Shown one piece after another: positions 9,993-17,300 of a stretch of 31,230 nt of DNA. The notes under the pieces were generated by a model. The model ran no database searches and was not told the DNA's origin. It worked only from the letters and a program-made list of their open reading frames with translations. Within the stretch, counting starts at the first letter, position 1, and each line of letters starts with the position of its first letter. The stretch covers positions 1 through 31,230 of IMG/VR virus record IMGVR_UViG_3300028008_000065. One strand, 5' to 3'. The position numbers and the translations under genes are program-made. Source of the DNA: a virus (lineage: Duplodnaviria; Caudoviricetes).

Positions 9993-10940
9993 TTATTCCT
10001 CTGAATCTGGATCTATATCACCTTTGACAACTGAAATAACATAGTCTTGTATTGCGTCATCCATTGCCATAATATTTTCATTGTGTCTATTAACAGTTTC
10101 GTCTTGTGTAATTCTAATAGGATCGTATACTCTTTCAGTCATTCCAAGGTCGACAATTTTTAAATCTGAATCATTAGGATAACTTACGTTGACTGGAAAA
10201 GTAGATCCAATCACTGCGGTAGTTTTTGTTCCAACAGCATATGCTAAATGTTGACCGACACTATCGCAACCTAGAAAATGATCCGCCATTTTAATCAATG
10301 CAGACCACTGCCTTAAATTTAATCCTTCAGGCATTGCTACTTCATTTTTTAAACCTTCGCCTTTGAGTTCTATTTTCATCTCACTCATCATCACAATAGC
10401 ATAATCTTTTTCTAATTTCTTAAGCATTTGTTTTAAATCTTTAAATTCAAAACTCCGTGCAGTAACATCAACAGGAGTGTCGTCTATAACTTCGATACCT
10501 CTACCAAATGGTTGTACTACTAATACTTTTTCTTTTTTTATTTTTTCTTTAATTTCATTAAGTAATTTACGACCAACTAGTAATTCGTCTTTACTTAATT
10601 TTAATAACGGTTTAGGCAATTGCCTAACACCTTTATTGTTAAGAATGATATCAAACGCTTGTGACAAATTACATTCTTGATTATAGTATTCCCATACTTG
10701 ATAAGGTTCTGGATTTACTACTTGTCTATGTTTAATTTCAGTTTCAAATAAATTTTTGTGCCATGGGTCATATGCACGTTTATGTAATAGCGGATGACCT
10801 TTAAACATGTCAGTGCCGCCTTCGCATACTATAATAAAATCAGTATCTCCTGATTCTTCTGCATACAACTCTAATGCTGGTATTGAACACAGCATGCGGC
10901 CTGCGCCACCGTTTAAGAAAAATGCTTTACTTCTAGTCAT
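9993..10940 (-). CDS. GT9-like (ADP-heptose heptosyltransferase-like, GT-B fold) glycosyltransferase (315 aa)
   Basis: N-terminal GGAGRMLCSIPAL aligns with WaaC SSMGDVLHTLPAL. C-terminal LRQWSALIKMADHFLGCDSVGQHLAYAVGTKTTAVIGST matches the GT9 D[ST]GxxHLAxA motif. GGAG RBS. Confidence 0.8.
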   Translation of the reverse strand: MTRSKAFFLNGGAGRMLCSIPALELYAEESGDTDFIIVCEGGTDMFKGHPLLHKRAYDPWHKNLFETEIKHRQVVNPEPYQVWEYYNQECNLSQAFDIILNNKGVRQLPKPLLKLSKDELLVGRKLLNEIKEKIKKEKVLVVQPFGRGIEVIDDTPVDVTARSFEFKDLKQMLKKLEKDYAIVMMSEMKIELKGEGLKNEVAMPEGLNLRQWSALIKMADHFLGCDSVGQHLAYAVGTKTTAVIGSTFPVNVSYPNDSDLKIVDLGMTERVYDPIRITQDETVNRHNENIMAMDDAIQDYVISVVKGDIDPDSEE

Positions 10941-10955
10941 CTATATTATCTCCAT

Positions 10956-11005
10956 AAAAAAATCGGACTCAACAATATATATTAAAATATTTGCTGAATC
11001 CGATT
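10956..11005 (-). terminator. Intrinsic terminator-like hairpin with U-tract
   Basis: Minus-strand RNA AAUCGGAUUCAGCAA-(15 nt AU loop)-UUGUUGAGUCCGAUU-UUUUU forms a 15-bp stem with two G-U pairs that work only on this strand. Confidence 0.75.
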
Positions 11006-11031
11006 AAGATTGGATGATAGATTTTTAGTTC

Positions 11032-11727
11032 TTATAGATTATCGTTTGGGTCTTCATAAGTTGGTAAGATTGTATCTGGATAGTTAACTTTCCAATGATC
11101 AATATCTGCATATTGAACCGCTATTGATTCTAACCATGTTGCGTGATTTGCCAACGTAGTTTTTTCAGCACTAGTTAAGTTGTTAATAGCATCACCATCT
11201 GATGAAATTGCACGCCTAATACCTGCCGCTAGTAAAACCCACGATCCAAATGTTGATTCACGTGTATTATTGTGAGTACGCAACGTTGGGTTTGTCCATG
11301 TTGTTGTTTCGTGATTATATAGTAAACTGTCGCCTACATAGATATGTGCAAGCATACCAGTTGTGCCTTCATATACATGAGTCCATGTATATTCTGTACC
11401 GTCTGCAGTTGTAATTGTTTCGGAATAGTCGTCCACATCAGGATGTGTATATTCGTCTGTCATAAATGCACAACGCAACGCCATATCATCGCTCTCGGCA
11501 GCATCTAATACGATATAATCATATTCATCAGGCTCGTATCCTGTTGCATCTAATGCATCATCGTCTGCTCTGTCTGCACGACCTGCTTCTCTAACTTGAT
11601 CATCATCGCGATCAACTTGTCCTAAAATATATCTAGGTCCGGTATACGTACATTCAAACGTATTACCATCTGCAACGGTCGTTTTGTACGGCTCGTCTGC
11701 GTATGTAACTGTAAAAGTTTTATTCAT
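11032..11727 (-). CDS. Acidic protein (231 aa), putative tail fibre assembly chaperone or partner of the Cys-rich proteins
   Basis: GGAG RBS, Asp/Glu-rich, directly downstream of the Cys-rich pair. The C-terminal helical segment ending WLESI..HWKVNYP is reminiscent of phage tail assembly chaperones (function inferred). Confidence 0.55.
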   Translation of the reverse strand: MNKTFTVTYADEPYKTTVADGNTFECTYTGPRYILGQVDRDDDQVREAGRADRADDDALDATGYEPDEYDYIVLDAAESDDMALRCAFMTDEYTHPDVDDYSETITTADGTEYTWTHVYEGTTGMLAHIYVGDSLLYNHETTTWTNPTLRTHNNTRESTFGSWVLLAAGIRRAISSDGDAINNLTSAEKTTLANHATWLESIAVQYADIDHWKVNYPDTILPTYEDPNDNL

Positions 11728-11740
11728 TTTTCTATCTCCA

Positions 11741-12697
11741 TTAACTTTCTACGTATTTAATTCTAATTAGTGCGTCACCGCCTGCCCAACCGTTATCTCT
11801 AACACCTGAACATGGTGTTGCCGCCGGACCACCTGATCCGTGTGGAACAAACATTGAGCAACCTTGGGTTTCATAACAACCACACTGTCTTACTCCATTC
11901 CAACATTCTGACCATAGCGTACCTGTACCAGGCATTCTTGACAACATATTTAGTGAGTTGATATAGCCGTTTAGCGTCATTCCGGACCACTCTGAGTGAC
12001 CGTTGTCACCGTCTGTTCCGTACGATGCAACACCGCCACATTCTGAGAACATGCCCGGAGGTAATGCAGTATGATGAATAGTTGAACAATTACAGTTTGG
12101 ATAACAATGCCAAAATGTAACACAACTGTTTACGCCTGGTCTATTTACTTCGCCGCCATATGCATTGTTTTTCCAACTATTGCTACATGCATTACATACT
12201 AATCCGCAATATCCGTTATATCCTGTATAACACCAGTTGTTTGCTGAGAAACAACATCTACGTGCTGTACCTGTTGTACACCAACTTGCGCCACTCCAGC
12301 CGCCTTGAGCACACATACATCCAGCACTTCCGCCGTTTCCTGTCCAGCAAACTTCTCCTGGCTCTGAACAACCTCTGTGACAAAGGCTACCGTTTCTACA
12401 ACTTTTACCTGCTCTACCACATATGTAACAGTTTGTACTGACTGTTAAATCTCTTTTAGCGTACGATCCTGAGTTACCTGAAATTGTTGCTGAACAACAA
12501 CACATTCTCGATCCGCCGCCGCCTGCTCCAATTACTTCAAGGGTTACATTACCGTTACCTGGAGCAATCCAACAAAAACAGCCTGGATATGTGGTGTATG
12601 AAGCAATCGTCGAGTAAGCCCAAATCTTTCCAGTTTCGAGGTTTGTTTCCGCTCCTGAAGAAGACCTACTTTCTAATATTGACTTTAATGTTGCCAT
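11741..12697 (-). CDS. Cys/Gly-rich putative tail adhesin or fibre-tip protein A (318 aa, 30 Cys)
   Basis: Framed by WIAPG..VTLEVIGAGGGG and GGDALIRIKY, the Gly-rich phage tail domain pattern (gp38-adhesin-like). Paralogue of 12712..13668. Confidence 0.7.
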   Translation of the reverse strand: MATLKSILESRSSSGAETNLETGKIWAYSTIASYTTYPGCFCWIAPGNGNVTLEVIGAGGGGSRMCCCSATISGNSGSYAKRDLTVSTNCYICGRAGKSCRNGSLCHRGCSEPGEVCWTGNGGSAGCMCAQGGWSGASWCTTGTARRCCFSANNWCYTGYNGYCGLVCNACSNSWKNNAYGGEVNRPGVNSCVTFWHCYPNCNCSTIHHTALPPGMFSECGGVASYGTDGDNGHSEWSGMTLNGYINSLNMLSRMPGTGTLWSECWNGVRQCGCYETQGCSMFVPHGSGGPAATPCSGVRDNGWAGGDALIRIKYVES

Positions 12698-12711
12698 CCT
12701 TAATGTACTCC

Positions 12712-13668
12712 TTAACTTTCTATAAATTTAACACGGATTGCACCCATGCCGCCACGTGTTGCGTGATCTCTAACACCTGGACACGGCTGTGGTCCCGGAG
12801 CACCCATACCGTATGGAAGTACACTTGAGCAACCGTTTGCGTTATAACAACCGCAAGACACATCGCCTCTAAAGCATGCTTTCCACGGAATACCATATCC
12901 TGGGCTTTTTCCTGCACCGTTAATTGCCGCAATCGCTTCTAATTGTCCAGCGCCGGACCAATTAGAGTGTGCTGAGTCAGTTGCCATACCGTATTGTACA
13001 ATACCGCCGCACTCTGCAATCATGCCTGGAGGAAATGCTAACATTTGTCTAAACAGACAAACACAGTTTGCATAACATCCATGAAATCCCATACACGAAA
13101 TATTTCCGCATCTGTTTACATCTCCGCCATATGCAATAGCGTCCCATGATCCACTACATTGGTTACAAATTGTACCGCAGTTTGGTCCTGTGTTAGTGTA
13201 ACAAAATCCGTTTGCTCTAAAGCAACAGTACATGCTTGGTGTTGTTGAGCAAATACTCACTCCACCTTTACCACCTTTTGCACACATGCAACTATTACAT
13301 GCCGCCGCTACAATACAAACCATTGTTGGTTCTGAGCAACCTCTAAAACACAAAGCGTCTGAGTTACCGCAAGCAAAACCTGTACATCCGTAAAAGTAAT
13401 CGCTTGTTGTCATTGTACGTGTTGCTTTTGAGTATGATCCTGAGTTGCCTGGAATTCCGTTACCACAACAACACATTTTTGCGCCAGATCCGCCAGCGCC
13501 CCATACTTCAATAACTGCTGTACCGTTACTAGGTGGGCACCAGCACGTACACTTACAAAACTTAGTGTAAGTGTTGCCTTCAGCAAAACTGTATAACCGG
13601 CCAACCTCGAGATTTTCCTCAGCGGTGGATGGTAGTTTTGCTTTAATTAATGCTTCTAATGATGCCAT
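12712..13668 (-). CDS. Cys/Gly-rich putative tail adhesin or fibre-tip protein B (318 aa, 33 Cys)
   Basis: WCPP..AVIEVWGAGGSG ... GGMGAIRVKF. Shares MCCC, RGCSEP, CMCAxGG, AYGGxVNR, PPGMxxECGG, CGCY and PCxGVRD with protein A. Confidence 0.7.
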   Translation of the reverse strand: MASLEALIKAKLPSTAEENLEVGRLYSFAEGNTYTKFCKCTCWCPPSNGTAVIEVWGAGGSGAKMCCCGNGIPGNSGSYSKATRTMTTSDYFYGCTGFACGNSDALCFRGCSEPTMVCIVAAACNSCMCAKGGKGGVSICSTTPSMYCCFRANGFCYTNTGPNCGTICNQCSGSWDAIAYGGDVNRCGNISCMGFHGCYANCVCLFRQMLAFPPGMIAECGGIVQYGMATDSAHSNWSGAGQLEAIAAINGAGKSPGYGIPWKACFRGDVSCGCYNANGCSSVLPYGMGAPGPQPCPGVRDHATRGGMGAIRVKFIES

Positions 13669-13683
13669 TTTTGTTTTCCCCTA

Positions 13684-14016
13684 TTAAACTGAACCAACAA
13701 CCCAACCGTATGTAGAACCTGTATAAATTAATGTAACAATCGCTCCACTAACGTCAATTGTTAAGTTTTCTGCTGATCCATTAATATTACTACTGTTTCT
13801 TCCGACAGTTATGTTATTCGAGCCTGCATTGTTTGATATATCAATAATTTGAATTGTATCAGAAACAAGTAAACTTGAATTTGTTGGTAAAGTGATAGTG
13901 AATCCTGAACTTGCTGTATTTGCAAGGATTCGATCGTTTACTGTAGCACTGAACGTTGTACTAACTTCTCTAGTAGTAACGCCAGCAGTACCTGTAGTTG
14001 TTATATATCTTCCCAT
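13684..14016 (-). CDS. Small tail fibre-associated protein (110 aa), stand-alone T4 gp34-like beta domain
   Basis: Motif NTASSGFTITLP...DTIQIID...NNITVGRN..NING.AENL..D...TLIY..STYGW, common in phage tail fibre proteins. AGGAG RBS and ATAAATA upstream. Confidence 0.7.
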   Translation of the reverse strand: MGRYITTTGTAGVTTREVSTTFSATVNDRILANTASSGFTITLPTNSSLLVSDTIQIIDISNNAGSNNITVGRNSSNINGSAENLTIDVSGAIVTLIYTGSTYGWVVGSV

Positions 14017-14036
14017 GGTGTTATCCTTCTCCTATG

Positions 14037-14043
14037 TATTTAT
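14037..14043 (-). promoter_or_regulatory. T4-like late promoter (ATAAATA) overlapping the upstream TAA stop
   Basis: GCATAAATAcatAGGAGaaggataacaccATG before the 110-aa gene. Confidence 0.6.
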
Positions 14044-14360
14044 GCTGTAGACGTTTCAATGCCCATAACTACTGCTGAAATATTTGCAACTGATGTATAA
14101 GCAACAATAATTTGCCCTGCGGCTAAAACTATCCCTGTTCTTTCTAATACACCTTTTGCTAATAATTCAACTTCGTATTCTATATATTCGCCTAATGCCG
14201 GCGTAGCGTTATCAGCAACAGCAATTCTAATTGACGTTGCTTGGTTTCCTCTGTTGCAAATGTTTAAACTCGCAACCGCATACGTATCTGCTGGGCAGGT
14301 GTAAATCGAAGTGTTCGAACCTGCTGACATATTTGATGCGCCTAATCTTCCTGTTGCCAT
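14040..14360 (-). CDS. Small virion beta-sandwich protein (106 aa)
   Basis: IYTCPA...LNICNR...IRIAV...IEYE...GVLERTGIVL pattern. Distant paralogue of 25132..25461. GGAG RBS. Confidence 0.7.
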   Translation of the reverse strand: MATGRLGASNMSAGSNTSIYTCPADTYAVASLNICNRGNQATSIRIAVADNATPALGEYIEYEVELLAKGVLERTGIVLAAGQIIVAYTSVANISAVVMGIETSTA

Positions 14361-14375
14361 TTTATTTGTTCTCCG

Positions 14376-17300
14376 TTAATTGTTTAGGAACATACTTAAT
14401 GCAACTGGTGCACCGTCTATTCCGCCTTTAAAGTTTACTGCGTTAAGTATATTTATCTTGCCTGCGTCAGTAGTGCCTATAGTGTTTGCAGTAATTTCGA
14501 TAGTACCTGCTGTTACACTGTTAACATTAAGTGTAGCAACACCACCACCAATCTGTGATGTGATGTAAGTTTTAATTGCTTTTTGTGTTGGAACAACATT
14601 ATCACTATCAGCACTAAATGTACCGTCAGTACTAAATTCAGTAATAACTGCTCCTGCTCCACCTAGTGCAACACTACCAAGTTGTAGTTCGTTCAATCCT
14701 GAGATGTTAAATGCTTCAACGTTTAGTGTAGCAATACCAGTTGCCTGTTCAACGTTAAACAATCCACCAACTCTAAAGTTACCGTCTTGGTCTGTACTTG
14801 TGTAGAACACTCGTCCACCACCGTAGTCATTTGTTTCGTATTGTGGATCCGGATCACTTACTGGTTCTCCTGGATAGTTTGTATTACTAAAGTTACCAGT
14901 ACCAATGTCTAGGAAGTCGTGTCCTGTTAAGCGTACTTGTGAAAAACGTCTACGTATTGTAATTACGTCATTTTGTGGTGGTCTTTCGTCTGCTTCTAGT
15001 GCTGGACTAATTTGTAGTAATGCACTGTAAGGACCATTGCCTAATAGGCTTGTAATACTTACAAGTTTAAACCATCTATTAGGTAAACTTGCAAATTCAA
15101 CATTCGAACCTTTTTGTGGAATACTATCTAACTCATCAACTCTAATTTTTGTACCTAGTTGTCTAATATCTGCTATACCATCGCCAACTACTTCTGCCGC
15201 CGCTGTAATAAATCCTGTACCTCTACTTGAGTATGTAGGTTGTGCTAATACACCGTTACCGATTCTTACAGTATGAGGAACTTCAATAGTATGACTCGGA
15301 TCAATTAATGTCATTGATGGCGGACTAGAATACCCGCTACCTGGCTCAATAATTTTAACTTCAACAACTTTTTCGTCTGCTACTCTTGCTCTACCTCTTG
15401 CTCGTGTACCACTTGCTGGTGCACTGAATATCACTCTTGGAGTAATGTCATATGCTGATGTAGCATCAAGTGTACTTGCTATTGCAGAGCCTTTAATATG
15501 TTCAAATCCTGCTGAGCCATTTGATTCTTTTACAATAGTTGCTATTTTTGTTGCGGCATCAAATGCACTAATAATACCAAATTGTCCTGCGCCAAGTCCA
15601 CTTAAAATATAAATGCTCATGCCGTTATATGTTCCAGATGGATTAATATCTGTTGCCGCTAGTGTAATTTGTGTAGCATTGCCTGACTGTGCGTTTGATG
15701 CAATAGTAACAAATCCGTCGCCGCCGTATACTGTTGAATCTTCTTCAAGTTGTACTTCAAATACGCCGCCGTTTCTAATATTAACTCCGCTTACAGCCGC
15801 TCCAAAACCTTCACCACTTAGTGTATATCGTGTTGCCGCGCCTATTGTTGCAATATCAAAAGTAATTGCTGTCGCACCACCTGAACCTAGCAATGAATCT
15901 GCGATTGTAATTGTATTGCCGACTGCATGTCCTGTACCGCCTTTAATAACAGTTACAATAAATCCACCAACTGCTGTAACTTCAATGTCAAATTCTTGAC
16001 CTGAGCCACTACCGTTAGATGATCCAGTAATACCCTTGTATGTTCCTGGAACTCGATCTGCATCGTTATTAGAATTATTTTCAGTTGTAATAATTGCACT
16101 AGTTGCTTCAGTAGTATAATTTTGGCCTGCATTTGAATATTCTAATTGTAGAATTTCTTGTGCGCCATCTGTAACTACATTTGAAACTTGTGCTTCTAAC
16201 TGTTGGTTATCAACTTTACCTAATACTGGAGTTTCAGTGTTATCAATACCTTCTGCTACTGAACCAAAGTCACCGTATGAGTTGTTTCCGTTTGTAGCAC
16301 GAATCTTACCACCATTTTCTGCAAGGTATCCAATGTGATTATAATATGTAAACACTGACACAAGTTCTGATCTGCCTAAGTTTGTAACCCAATATCCAAT
16401 ACCGTCACTTAAGATCTGCGTAAAGTCGTTAGCAACAATCGAATCGTTACCGCCGTCATGTAAATCTCCATCTACTTTAAGGCCAATACATGCATCGCCA
16501 AATGTTGTTACATTTTGTACGTATGGTGATTTGTTAGTAATCCATGCTTCTGTATGTGCTGGTCCCCAACCTGGATCTAAACTTACATATGCGCCCGAGG
16601 TTGGACGTTTAGTTCCATATGCATTTGCACTAGATAATACACCTGATAATCCTGTTAGTGTCATATTACGTATACCAGTACCATTACGTGCATAGAACAT
16701 ATCATCTAATAAGCAACCTTCAACTGATGCAACATAATATTCTGCCGCTAGTAATGATCTATAGTTTCCAGTATAGATCAAATCATGTTTAACTGCGTCA
16801 ATATATGCAAGAGTATCTCTTGCACAAGCCGCTAGTGTGTATACATAACTTGGATAAGTTACTGCAATATAAGCATGTACTTCTGCAACAAGGAAATCTT
16901 TATTTGCTTCCAATACTTCAACTGCATATGTATATCCTGTTGAAGTTTCTGGAAGGTTTGATCCACGTGTAGTAGGTTCTGTACTATCGCCTGATGCTCC
17001 ATTAACACCCCAGTCAAGGTAATCATAAATTTCACGGAATAAGTTGGCCGCCGCAGTACCTGCACTTGCATTGCCTGCTGGTCTTGTTGTAACTTGTGTT
17101 TCACTGTTACCTGATGATTTTGTAATAGCAACGTTTTGTATAATGTTGCTAACTATTGCTTCAATTCTAGTAAGTGCCGCAATACTTTTTGGTGTGTCTG
17201 CCGCACTAGTTACACTCGGTGAAGGTTTAATTCTTGTTGAACGTAGTTCGTCTCCAACAAGTGCAACGTCTTCTGGAATAATAATTGGAAGTATTTCTTC

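Noticed and set aside
7305-10940. Bacterial LPS or antibiotic biosynthesis island interpretation of the three enzymes
   Set aside because: There are no nucleotide-sugar synthesis, transport or regulatory genes. The enzymes share strand, tight spacing and similar composition with the flanking phage structural genes. A host-surface substrate is still not excluded.
11741-13668. Diversity-generating retroelement template/variable pair, or RiPP precursor interpretation of the Cys-rich genes
   Set aside because: The paralogues differ throughout, not only at adenines. No reverse transcriptase, radical SAM, YcaO or lanthionine enzyme is present in the window, and the proteins are long with a tail-domain frame.
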